The notes: generated by a model not told the origin, from the sequence alone. 41,798 nt of DNA from Patescibacteria group bacterium (GCA_031432155.1 JASJPP010000020.1:1-41798); one strand, 5' to 3'; shown: positions 1 through 7,858, counted from the first letter of the stretch. Numbers and translations are program-made.

Positions 1-24
1 GTTCGAGTCCTCTCCCGCGCACCA
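1..24 (+). tRNA. 3' end of a tRNA (probably tRNA-Leu), truncated by window start
   Basis: GTTCGAGTCC T-arm, acceptor 3' strand CCCGCGC, discriminator A and encoded CCA. The anticodon is outside the window, so identity is inferred. Confidence 0.8.
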
Positions 25-31
25 GAATTTG

Positions 32-206
32 ACTTTGCGCGAACCTTTTTTGAACGGAACTGACGGCGCGCTTCGCGCGCCAAACTGAATGCTCGGGCGG
101 GCAAAAAGGAAGGGGGTTGGGGGGAAGGAATTTTTGCCCGCCCTCGCTTTCCGCCGCCGCCGAATTTCGTATTTCGCTTTGCGAAATGCGCCGCCAAGAA
201 AATTTG
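32..206. repeat. Left inverted-repeat arm of cassette 1
   Basis: 32-54 = reverse complement of 2916-2938 (23/23); 91-170 = reverse complement of 2823-2902 (79/80); looser match to about 206. Confidence 0.95.
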
Positions 207-263
207 ATTTGTCTTAAATTTTGGTGTAACATCATAATATCAACAGAGAAGTGGATACTTCAA

Positions 264-287
264 TATAATGTTAATACCAAGCTGGTA
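264..287 (+). promoter_or_regulatory. -10 box and putative XRE operator
   Basis: TATAAT at 264-269; TACCA-N3-TGGTA palindrome at 275-287, just before the XRE ATG at 290. Confidence 0.4.
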
Positions 288-289
288 AT

Positions 290-496
290 ATGTCAAACAA
301 CCAAAATTTAGCAAAAAACATTGAGCGATTACGGAAAACCAAAGGGCTTTCGCAGGAGAGGTTGGCGAGATTGGCCGATGTTGCCAACAACACGCTTATC
401 AAAATGGAATCGGGAGAAAATAAAAATCCAACACTTGAAACCTTAAAAAAGGTGGCGAAAGCCCTTGAGGTTAGTGTTGATGAGTTAATAAATTAG
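290..496 (+). CDS. XRE/Cro-C1 family HTH regulator (68 aa)
   Basis: LRKTKGLSQERLARLADV...ESGENKNPTLETLKKVAKALEVSVDELI is a typical HTH_3 pattern. Confidence 0.92.
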   Translation: MSNNQNLAKNIERLRKTKGLSQERLARLADVANNTLIKMESGENKNPTLETLKKVAKALEVSVDELIN

Positions 497-502
497 AAAA
501 CT

Positions 503-1099
503 ATGGGATTCTTTTCAAAATATAACGAGAAAGAAAAAGCACTTCTTGACTTGTATGTTCAGCAATTTCAAAAAATGGGTATCCCCGAATCATCTAAAAT
601 GGCGGAAAACTTGCTTGATGAAGCAATAAAGGAAGCGAAGAAAGTTGCTCTCCCACCAAATGCTGGGGACAAAATTCTTGAGAAAGAAAAAACCGATGAA
701 AACACACACAAGGTATTAGAAAAGAAAAGGCGAGAGGGGGTACGCGATGAAGATATAAAATGGTGGTGGAATTTGGATAATGTTGAGAGAATGATGATGT
801 TAAAAGTTGATGAGTTTCATCGTTTAGCTTTACACATCAAATGTCGTCAAGACGATGGTTTATCAGTTGAACGGGCGGCGGAACAAGTTAGGAAGCATCA
901 CCCTATTTTTGGTAATCCAGAAGACACAACCCACACACAAGGAGACGACCGACCGCTACCAGAAGAACTAAAAGACAGAATCAATATTTATATTGAAAAT
1001 CAATTTATAAATAATTCTGAAAAGTTCAAAAAAGAAATTGAGCAATCAACAACTTTCAACGCGTTGGTTAGGAAAGAAATTCGCGCTGGTAAACTTTAA
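503..1099 (+). CDS. Hypothetical protein (198 aa)
   Basis: Long ORF, operonic with the XRE gene. Confidence 0.8.
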   Translation: MGFFSKYNEKEKALLDLYVQQFQKMGIPESSKMAENLLDEAIKEAKKVALPPNAGDKILEKEKTDENTHKVLEKKRREGVRDEDIKWWWNLDNVERMMMLKVDEFHRLALHIKCRQDDGLSVERAAEQVRKHHPIFGNPEDTTHTQGDDRPLPEELKDRINIYIENQFINNSEKFKKEIEQSTTFNALVRKEIRAGKL

Positions 1100-1102
1100 T
1101 TT

Positions 1103-1702
1103 ATGACAGCCAATAAGAAAATAATTACATTTCTGATTATCGCCGCAATTATAGCAGGTGGATATTACTTTTTCTTTTCAAATAAAAATACCGAGGAAAG
1201 CACACAAACTACAAAGCAAGAAAAGGTTTCAAAAGCCGACATTATCGCAAAAGAACTTGCAGATACATACCAAGCAACTATCGGGTGGGAAGAAAATCTG
1301 AATTATACTTTGCAGGCACAAGAGCGATTGATTACTAGCAAACCAACTCTGTTTAGGGGTTATGTTGATGACATATTCAAACGCGATGGAAAAAACTTTA
1401 TTCGGTTTTCGTCTTCGTTTTTAAGCTCGGCTGATTATGTACTAGAACTTGAATGTGCGCAACAGGTTGTAGATAAAATCTTTGCGCAAAAACCAGATAG
1501 TAAAGACTTTCTGAAATTTTTTGACGAGTACGCCATCGTGGCAAATATACAGGAAATAACCAAACCTATTTTTGCGCTAGAGGGCTCCGCGTTTTCTGAA
1601 GATGAGGTTGAAATCAATATTGAATCCTCTAACTTATTTACTGCAAAAGGGATTTGCGTGGATGTTGTTTATATTGGCGATGATGAACTATTTAACGACT
1701 AA
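1103..1702 (+). CDS. Hypothetical membrane-anchored protein
   Basis: N-terminal TM segment (IITFLIIAAIIAGGYYFFF); 3-bp spacing from the previous gene. Confidence 0.8.
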   Translation: MTANKKIITFLIIAAIIAGGYYFFFSNKNTEESTQTTKQEKVSKADIIAKELADTYQATIGWEENLNYTLQAQERLITSKPTLFRGYVDDIFKRDGKNFIRFSSSFLSSADYVLELECAQQVVDKIFAQKPDSKDFLKFFDEYAIVANIQEITKPIFALEGSAFSEDEVEINIESSNLFTAKGICVDVVYIGDDELFND

Positions 1703-1707
1703 TCAAT

Positions 1708-1911
1708 ATGCAAAATAAATTTTTCAAAATTATTCTAATCATCGCTGTTATTTCTATTGCCTTTTTCTCACTAACTTATTTCACGAGGACGGTTATTGAT
1801 GTTGGTTGTGCAAAAACAGGGAAACCGGAGGATGGTTGGAAGCGTCGTTTTGCAACAGTAAATTGTTGGTATTGGGAAAGGACAATCCAACTTCAGCAAA
1901 ATTTTAACTAA
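1708..1911 (+). CDS. Small membrane-anchored hypothetical protein
   Basis: N-terminal TM, two Cys, tight operon spacing. Confidence 0.65.
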   Translation: MQNKFFKIILIIAVISIAFFSLTYFTRTVIDVGCAKTGKPEDGWKRRFATVNCWYWERTIQLQQNFN

Positions 1912-1913
1912 CT

Positions 1914-2453
1914 ATGGACCAAGAAATTATTACAAACGAAGAATCCCAGACCATAACACTTAAAAAAGAAAGCTTCTTTAAGAAAATTTTTAAAGGGGTT
2001 GGTTTCGGTGGTCTAGTTGTGGGTGGTGGGTTTCTCTATATCTCGTTTACTATTCTACAATTTTTGTTCGTTGCTTTTGCGGGCTTATCAATGATAGGGT
2101 TGGCAATTTCATTATTTTCCGAAGGTTCAATAATTTGGGGACTGGTTGCCCTCTTTATAGGAACTCCTATAGCAATCGGTCTTGCTAGTTATTTCTTTAT
2201 ATTTTTCTTATTTCTATCAATTATCGCATTGATAATTTGGGGGATTATTTATATTTTTGGATTTAATGTTTCATTTGGCAGTGTGTGGGATGGGATTTGG
2301 CTAGTTATAAAAATATTGATTTTGGTAGGTATGGCCTTCTTTGGGATTAGCTCATTTATAGAAGCAATAAAAAAGAAAAATGTGATACTCTTTTTCAAAG
2401 AAAATTGGTTTTACATTCTCATTTTCTTTTTTCTTTTTTGGTTGTTTTTCTAA
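1914..2453 (+). CDS. Multi-pass membrane hypothetical protein
   Basis: About 5-6 hydrophobic segments. Confidence 0.8.
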   Translation: MDQEIITNEESQTITLKKESFFKKIFKGVGFGGLVVGGGFLYISFTILQFLFVAFAGLSMIGLAISLFSEGSIIWGLVALFIGTPIAIGLASYFFIFFLFLSIIALIIWGIIYIFGFNVSFGSVWDGIWLVIKILILVGMAFFGISSFIEAIKKKNVILFFKENWFYILIFFFLFWLFF

Positions 2454-2465
2454 AATATAAGAATT

Positions 2466-2792
2466 ATGAAAGCGAACAAAAAGAAAAATATCATTCTCGG
2501 TATTGCTACACTCTTTTTGTTCGCTGCTTTATTTAATGGCTGGCCTTATGGATTTTTTACTCTTTTGCGGTTTGTTGTTTTTGTGGCGTCAACTTATATT
2601 GCGTGGATGGCGTATGAGGCGCAAAAAGAAAAATGGATTTGGATTTTTGGATTTCTCGCGGTTCTTTTCAATCCGTTTATCGTTATTCATCTTAACCGCG
2701 AAACTTGGGGTGTTATTGATTTGATTGTTGGGATATTTATGATAATTTCGGTGTTCGTGCTAAAGTTAGAACGCAAGCCAAGCACGACTTGA
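2466..2792 (+). CDS. Small 4-TM membrane protein, DUF6804-like
   Basis: WPYGFFTLLRFVV...LFNPF..IHL.R..W..ID pattern. Confidence 0.65.
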   Translation: MKANKKKNIILGIATLFLFAALFNGWPYGFFTLLRFVVFVASTYIAWMAYEAQKEKWIWIFGFLAVLFNPFIVIHLNRETWGVIDLIVGIFMIISVFVLKLERKPSTT

Positions 2793-2938
2793 AATTTTAA
2801 GCGGCGCGCCAGTTTCACTGGCACGAAATTCGGCGGCGGCGGAAAGCGAGGGCGGGCAAAAATTCCTTCCCCCCAACCTCCTTCCTTTTTGCCCGCCCGA
2901 GCGTCAAGAATTCTTTTCAAAAAAGGTTCGCGCAAAGT
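2791..2938. repeat. Right inverted-repeat arm of cassette 1
   Basis: Reverse complement of 32-206 (see left arm). Confidence 0.95.
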
Positions 2939-2957
2939 GTATAATTACAGCACCAAA
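2917..2957. repeat. att-like end motif, copy 1
   Basis: 41-bp direct repeat with 4537-4577 (38/41), ending in the tRNA-end core GCACCA. Confidence 0.9.
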
Positions 2958-2990
2958 ACGAAACTTAATCCTTTTTCAGATATTTTTTGA

Positions 2991-3095
2991 TGGGCTTCCA
3001 TTGCGGAAGCCCATTGTTTGGAAAATAAAAAACCTATTAGTTGGATTCTGGCGCGTTTGTTTGACGAAATCCGAATCTTTTTTGAGCAAATCTGA
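2991..3095 (+). pseudogene. Relic of a serine recombinase 3' end / inverted attP-like junction
   Basis: Reads WASIAEAHCLENKKPISWILARLFDEIRIFFEQI*, resembling the WRCLLDKVRNYFEQNPND* tail of the element at 37-41 kb. Confidence 0.5.
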
Positions 3096-3097
3096 CT

Positions 3098-3173
3098 CGC
3101 TCGGGCGAGGCGGAATTCCCCCTGCCCCCCCCTCCGCCGCGCCCTCGCGGGAGGCCAGAATTTTTTCGCCGCC
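3098..3173. repeat. Left inverted-repeat arm of cassette 2
   Basis: 3125-3173 is the exact reverse complement of 4385-4433 (49 bp); imperfect match extends to 3098/4462. Confidence 0.95.
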
Positions 3174-3186
3174 TTTCATTTATATC

Positions 3187-4065
3187 TTACCCCCTGACGA
3201 CGTCGACCAAGTCGGCCCAATCAACGACTTCCGCAGGATACGAATTGAGTTCGTAGTTATCTATTTCTACGGTTACCGTCCGGCTTTCTTCCCCGAGCTT
3301 CTGCCTTGTAAAATCCGCGTTGCGGAAGCAAAAGTAAGGACGGACAGCAGGCGAACCACCACGCACCGGTAAGGCCGGTAAGCGAGTGAGCGAAGCGGCG
3401 TCGGAGACCAACATGCAGTACCCGTCGAACCCGATCTCAGAATGCACAGCACTATATACCCCCGTTATTTCAATAGGGCCTCGTAGAGTTATTCGTGCGT
3501 TCTCTGGCCCGATTTTCATCATTTTCGGATCACTGGAATATTGCCCGGTATTAAATGGTGCGGCATTCACGACAGTCATTGCGCCGAGGATATCTCCCAC
3601 CGATACAAAAGCAGGGCTTGCGTCGTTCTGTATGCGACTGATTATTTCATCAACCGATAGGTCATTGCCGAGCCGAGCGCGTAAATTATTGAGCAATGTT
3701 TTGTGGCCTTTCTCCAAAATTGCTTCTTCAAATGTACTTGCATATCCTGTTTGCACACGAATAAAAGTAAGTTTGCCGTCTGAATAGTCATATTTACCCT
3801 CGCTGGTTTCCACTCCGTTAAAATCAGATTCCATAAGGCCGGGGAACGCTTGCAAGTACATCGGCGCGGTAAAGCCGCTGTCAATCGGTTGTCCGAAGTT
3901 TTCTACTACGAAACTTTGAAGTTTATTTGTAAACTCGGCTGACTTCTCGGTAGCAACTCCGTCATGAGATTTAGGAAATACGGCATATCTATTCAGCGCA
4001 ACGAACGCAAAAAGCAAAATTACGGCGATGCCCAAAACTATTAAAACAATAATTGCTTTTTTCAT
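3187..4065 (-). CDS. Hypothetical membrane-anchored/exported protein (292 aa)
   Basis: N-terminal TM; lies downstream of the XRE gene. Confidence 0.8.
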   Translation of the reverse strand: MKKAIIVLIVLGIAVILLFAFVALNRYAVFPKSHDGVATEKSAEFTNKLQSFVVENFGQPIDSGFTAPMYLQAFPGLMESDFNGVETSEGKYDYSDGKLTFIRVQTGYASTFEEAILEKGHKTLLNNLRARLGNDLSVDEIISRIQNDASPAFVSVGDILGAMTVVNAAPFNTGQYSSDPKMMKIGPENARITLRGPIEITGVYSAVHSEIGFDGYCMLVSDAASLTRLPALPVRGGSPAVRPYFCFRNADFTRQKLGEESRTVTVEIDNYELNSYPAEVVDWADLVDVVRG

Positions 4066-4095
4066 CTAAAATATTTTCTATTCACGGACATAGAT

Positions 4096-4302
4096 TTACT
4101 TCAACAACTTATCAACTGAAACATCCAGCGCATTGGCGAGCTTTTCTAAAACCACCAAAGTAACATTTACCTTGCCACCCTCAATCGCGCTCATATAGCT
4201 TCTGTCCATATCAATAGCTCGGCACATGTCGCCCTGCGACATACGCTTTTTCAATCGTATGCGCTTGATGTTCTCTCCTAGTTTTTTGGAAATTTGGACC
4301 AT
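4096..4302 (-). CDS. XRE family HTH regulator (68 aa), C-protein-like
   Basis: LGENIKRIRLKKRMSQGDM...MDRSYMSAIEGGKVNVTLVVLEKLANALDVSVDKLL. Confidence 0.92.
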   Translation of the reverse strand: MVQISKKLGENIKRIRLKKRMSQGDMCRAIDMDRSYMSAIEGGKVNVTLVVLEKLANALDVSVDKLLK

Positions 4303-4384
4303 ACTTATATTACCACTTTACCAACTATTGCGCTACTCCTCAATATGGAGGTATAATCCCATGTATGGTTTCTTTATTTGAATT

Positions 4385-4462
4385 GGCGGCGAAAAAATTC
4401 TGGCCTCCCGCGAGGGCGCGGCGGAGGGGGGGGTGTGGGGGGAATTCTACCACGCCCGAGCG
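4385..4462. repeat. Right inverted-repeat arm of cassette 2
   Basis: Reverse complement of 3098-3173. Confidence 0.95.
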
Positions 4463-4536
4463 TAGCCCCGCCGCCTGCTCTGTCAGGAGCAGAGCCGAGC
4501 AAAACATTCTTTTTTCTTAATTCGTTCAGTTTCCGC

Positions 4537-4577
4537 TCAAAAAGGGTTCGCGTAAAGTGTATAATTACAGCGCCAAA
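4537..4577. repeat. att-like end motif, copy 2 (island/chromosome boundary)
   Basis: Direct repeat of 2917-2957; inverted relative to 32-54. Confidence 0.9.
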
Positions 4578-4593
4578 TGTAACTTTGTCGGAA

Positions 4594-4622
4594 TTGACCA
4601 TTGTTATATATGGTGGTATTAT
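4594..4622 (+). promoter_or_regulatory. Sigma70-type promoter, probably leaderless
   Basis: TTGACC-N17-TATTAT with TGn extension; ATG 6 nt downstream at 4629. Confidence 0.6.
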
Positions 4623-4628
4623 ATCAAT

Positions 4629-4820
4629 ATGCTCGATAAAATTTTCGAAGTTTTTAGAAAGGTTGATCGGACGATAAACACAGTGGATGGAATGCAACGT
4701 ACCGCCGAACGGGTGGAATATCAGGCGCAAAATTTGAAAGGCGGCTCCAGAAATTTGAAATGGATTATTTTGGCGGTCATTTTGGCAATCGCCGTTATTT
4801 ACGCCGTTTGGGGACAATAA
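4629..4820 (+). CDS. Small C-terminally anchored membrane protein
   Basis: Start moved to ATG 4629 on the basis of the promoter; C-terminal TM. Confidence 0.65.
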   Translation: MLDKIFEVFRKVDRTINTVDGMQRTAERVEYQAQNLKGGSRNLKWIILAVILAIAVIYAVWGQ

Positions 4821-4827
4821 TTTTTTT

Positions 4828-5271
4828 ATGAGCGAATTCAATCAGTCATCAAACGAGACTGTGCCGGAACCGCCGGCGCCGAAAATTTCCATCAGAACTA
4901 TGGAGTCGGACATTAAATCTTTGGAAACAAGCGGAGGAGAATTTTTATCGCCCGAACCGTTTATTTTCCGACAAAAAGAAGCGACGGAGGAAAAAAACGA
5001 ACCGCGGGTGGAGTTGAATCTCGGCAACATCCCCGGCTATACCGGACCGGAAAAATCCGTTTTTTCTTCTTCCGACGCGTCAATAGCCGTTTCGGAAGAA
5101 AAAATCGCGGAAGAAAAATCGCCGATTACTATTAAAGAAGAAGAAATTTCAAAAAACAAAATTATTTTAACGGTAATCGGCGTAATCGCGGCTGCCGCTG
5201 TTTTCTGGATGATCGGATATTTTGTGGTTTATCCGTGGCTTTTTTCCAAAGAGATGCCGCCGGTGAATTAA
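4828..5271 (+). CDS. Hypothetical membrane protein with disordered N-terminus
   Basis: SIRTMESDI motif, acidic/Pro-rich region, C-terminal TM. Confidence 0.75.
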   Translation: MSEFNQSSNETVPEPPAPKISIRTMESDIKSLETSGGEFLSPEPFIFRQKEATEEKNEPRVELNLGNIPGYTGPEKSVFSSSDASIAVSEEKIAEEKSPITIKEEEISKNKIILTVIGVIAAAAVFWMIGYFVVYPWLFSKEMPPVN

Positions 5272-5282
5272 AGTTTTTTATT

Positions 5283-5615
5283 ATGAACTTAGAACAATTA
5301 AAATCAAAATTGGAAGATAGCAAGGAGAGGATTGAAAAAGAAATTTTGGAACTTCAAAAAATCACCGATTTCGGCAGCGATGTCGATTCTTTTGAAGAAG
5401 AAAGCAGTGAATCCGAGCAGTTTGGCAATCAATTGGCGGTGGCGCAGGATTTGAGGAACCAATTGGCCGATATCGAGACGGCTTTGCGTAAAATAGAAAA
5501 AGGAACGTACGGCAAATGCGAGAAATGCGGCAATGCGATATCCGACGACGTTCTCGAAATAATTCCCGAATCAAAATTGTGTAAAAATTGCAAAAGCCGC
5601 TCCGCGTTAAATTAA
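5283..5615 (+). CDS. TraR/DksA C4-type zinc finger protein
   Basis: ALRKIEKGTYGKCEKCGNAI...IIPESKLCKNC; likely start ATG 5283. Confidence 0.88.
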   Translation: MNLEQLKSKLEDSKERIEKEILELQKITDFGSDVDSFEEESSESEQFGNQLAVAQDLRNQLADIETALRKIEKGTYGKCEKCGNAISDDVLEIIPESKLCKNCKSRSALN

Positions 5616-5619
5616 TTTA

Positions 5620-7167
5620 ATGGCTAAAAACTTGGCAAAAGTTTTTTCGGCCGAATTGGATGGGATTGACGCCAGACTTATTGAGGTGGAGACCGACATC
5701 AACGTCGGTCTCCATTCTTTTAATATCGTCGGCTTGGCCGACAAGGCGTTAAACGAAGCCAAAGAACGCGTGAGTTCGGCCCTAAAAAATACCGGCGTCA
5801 AACCGCCGACAAAAGAAAATCGCAAAATTACGGTTAATCTGGCGCCGGCGGACGTAAAAAAGACCGGTTCCCAATACGATCTGGCTATCGCAGTCGGCTA
5901 TTTGTCGGCGACGAAACAGATTAAAAATTTTGAAACCGGCGACAAAATTTTTATCGGCGAGCTTTCTTTGGACGGCAGCTTAAGGACGGTTAACGGAGCT
6001 TTGAGTATTGCCCAGATGGCCAGGAAGCTAAAATTCAAATTTCTTTTTTTACCGAAGAAAAATGCCGTTGAAGCGGCGGTTATTGGCGGAATCAAAATAA
6101 TCGCCGTTAACGACTTGAATGAATTGATTGATCATCTGGAAGAAAGAAAAAAAATAGACGTTTGGCCGACGACGGTTTTTAACGGCGGATATAATCCGTC
6201 GTGGACGGACATTTCCGGCGTTAAGGGACAAAAAAACGTCAAAAGAGCTTTAATGGTGGCTGCGGCCGGCGGGCATCATATTTTAATGAGCGGTTCGCCC
6301 GGCGCCGGTAAAACAATGATGGCTCAGGCTTTGATTTCGATTTTGCCGCCTCCTTCGCTGGAAGAAGCCGTTGAAATCACCAAAATTTACAGCGTTGCCG
6401 GCTTGCTTAAAGAAAACGATTTTTTGAATTTTCGTCCGTATCGAGCTCCCCATCATACGGCTTCGTCCATCGCCGTTATCGGCGGCGGCGGCAATCCGAA
6501 GCCCGGGGAAATCAGTTTGGCGCATCGCGGCGTTTTGTTTCTGGACGAAATGCCGGAATTCCGCCGCGATTTGTTGGAGGCCTTGCGTCAGCCGCTGGAG
6601 AGCGGCGATGTTCGAATTTCCCGCGTTAAAAACAGTTTGGTTTTCCCGGCGAGATTCTTGATGGTGGCGGCGATGAATCCATGCCCTTGCGGTTATTTTT
6701 CCGATCCGGAAAAAGAGTGCCGCTGTACCGCCAATGAAGTTTTCCGTTACCAGAAAAAAATCTCCGGTCCTTTAATTGACAGAATTGACATTCAGATTGA
6801 AGTACCGCGCGTCAAAACCGAAGAATTGATGGAAAAATCTTTTCAAGACGACGGCGGTGAAAATGAAAGCGAAGAGATCAAGAAATTGGTTTTAAAGGCG
6901 AGGAAAATCCAAAAAGAACGTTTTGCCGGCAAGGGGATTGGTCTTAATTCGGAAATGGATTCGAAAACCGCGGATGAATTGATAATTCTTGATAAAAGCG
7001 AACAAGAGTTTTTAAAAAAAGCCATGGCGAAATCTTTCATTTCAGCCAGGGGTTATTACAGGATTTTAAAAATCGCCAGAACCATTGCCGATCTGGAAGA
7101 ATCGAAAAGGGTTAAAACGGAGTATTTGGCCGAGGCGTTTCAGTATCGGTTGAGAGAAAAAGAATAA
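5620..7167 (+). CDS. comM: YifB/ComM Mg-chelatase-like AAA+ ATPase
   Basis: ITVNLAPAD, GSPGAGKT, RAPHHTAS, GEISLAHRGVLFLDE, AMNPCPCG, ISGPLIDRID. Confidence 0.93.
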   Translation: MAKNLAKVFSAELDGIDARLIEVETDINVGLHSFNIVGLADKALNEAKERVSSALKNTGVKPPTKENRKITVNLAPADVKKTGSQYDLAIAVGYLSATKQIKNFETGDKIFIGELSLDGSLRTVNGALSIAQMARKLKFKFLFLPKKNAVEAAVIGGIKIIAVNDLNELIDHLEERKKIDVWPTTVFNGGYNPSWTDISGVKGQKNVKRALMVAAAGGHHILMSGSPGAGKTMMAQALISILPPPSLEEAVEITKIYSVAGLLKENDFLNFRPYRAPHHTASSIAVIGGGGNPKPGEISLAHRGVLFLDEMPEFRRDLLEALRQPLESGDVRISRVKNSLVFPARFLMVAAMNPCPCGYFSDPEKECRCTANEVFRYQKKISGPLIDRIDIQIEVPRVKTEELMEKSFQDDGGENESEEIKKLVLKARKIQKERFAGKGIGLNSEMDSKTADELIILDKSEQEFLKKAMAKSFISARGYYRILKIARTIADLEESKRVKTEYLAEAFQYRLREKE

Positions 7168-7176
7168 TTTGTTTCT

Positions 7177-7836
7177 TTATTTTGCCAAAGGATTTTCGGC
7201 GCCGCGCACTTCAAAATGGAGATGGCAGCCGGTGGGGCCGTGAGTATTGCCGGTGTTACCGATGTTGCCGATGAGTTTCCCTTGATTGACGTATTTTCCT
7301 TCGGAAACGGCTGTTTTGCCGAGGTGGGCGTAAACAGTTTTCGCGCCGTTAGGATGTTCAATTTTAACATAGGCGCCGTAGCCGCTGTTCCAGCCGTTTG
7401 AAGCGGTTTCAATAACCAGCCCTTCGGCTGCCGCGTAAACGGGAGTGCCGCAGCTGTTGGCGATGTCAACGGCGTTGTTGTTGTGCAGCCCGCCCCAATT
7501 CCAGCCGGCGGCCGGGATGATAAAATAATTGTTTTTTTCGATATTGTCGGAAATCGGTTCGACGGACAAAATAGCCGGGTTTAAAACGGCCGAATCATTG
7601 ACTAAAATCAATTTGCCGTTGTCGTTGAGATTTTGAGATTTACCGCTTATTATTGAAGGAGAATTGAAAAGCGCGGCTTCTCCGTCGGTCGGGCCGCCCA
7701 GCGATTGTTTGGCCGAGACGATTGAAAAAGATAAAGCCGGTTCATTGCTTAAAATTAAATTGGCCGTCAGGGCGACGGCGCTTAAAACAATCGGTAAAAT
7801 ATATGAAATTTTCCTTAATGCTATACTAATTTTTAT
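7177..7836 (-). CDS. M23 family peptidase, probably membrane-anchored (start uncertain)
   Basis: HNNNAVD, YAHL, TGCHLHFEV motifs; frame is open upstream of TTG 7611 to ATA 7836 and adds a TM segment. Confidence 0.8.
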   Translation of the reverse strand: MKISIALRKISYILPIVLSAVALTANLILSNEPALSFSIVSAKQSLGGPTDGEAALFNSPSIISGKSQNLNDNGKLILVNDSAVLNPAILSVEPISDNIEKNNYFIIPAAGWNWGGLHNNNAVDIANSCGTPVYAAAEGLVIETASNGWNSGYGAYVKIEHPNGAKTVYAHLGKTAVSEGKYVNQGKLIGNIGNTGNTHGPTGCHLHFEVRGAENPLAK

Positions 7837-7858
7837 ATGATATTACCATATTAAAAAC

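Larger units (their letters stand above)
19..2955. mobile_element. Cassette 1: recombinase-less, tRNA-integrated element with IR-flanked XRE operon
   Basis: Bounded by direct GCACCA (19-24 = tRNA end; 2950-2955); long inverted repeats inside both ends. Confidence 0.7.
2950..4575. mobile_element. Cassette 2: recombinase-less element with IR-flanked XRE operon in the opposite orientation
   Basis: Bounded by GCACCA (2950) and GCGCCA (4570); internal inverted core TGGCGC at 3049-3054; IR arms 3098-3173 and 4385-4462. Confidence 0.7.

Noticed and set aside
290-2792. Classical integron cassette array
   Set aside because: No attC sites between genes (spacers are 2-12 bp) and no IntI tyrosine recombinase.
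2925-2955. GGTTCGCGCAAAG-TGTATA-ATTACAGCACC resembles a XerCD dif/pdif site
   Set aside because: Only the left half and spacer are similar; the conserved XerD arm TTATGTTAAAT is absent. The tRNA-core and recombinase-tail explanation fits better.
2687-3372. ORFs 2687-2935, 2976-3179 and 3001-3372 (also 117-311, 4374-4841, 4378-4677)
   Set aside because: Shadow ORFs running through GC-rich IR arms, low-complexity Pro/Gly/Arg translation, several overlapping real genes.
32-4462. Composite transposon or MITE interpretation of the inverted repeats
   Set aside because: No transposase and no target-site duplication at the IR tips; boundaries coincide with tRNA-end cores.
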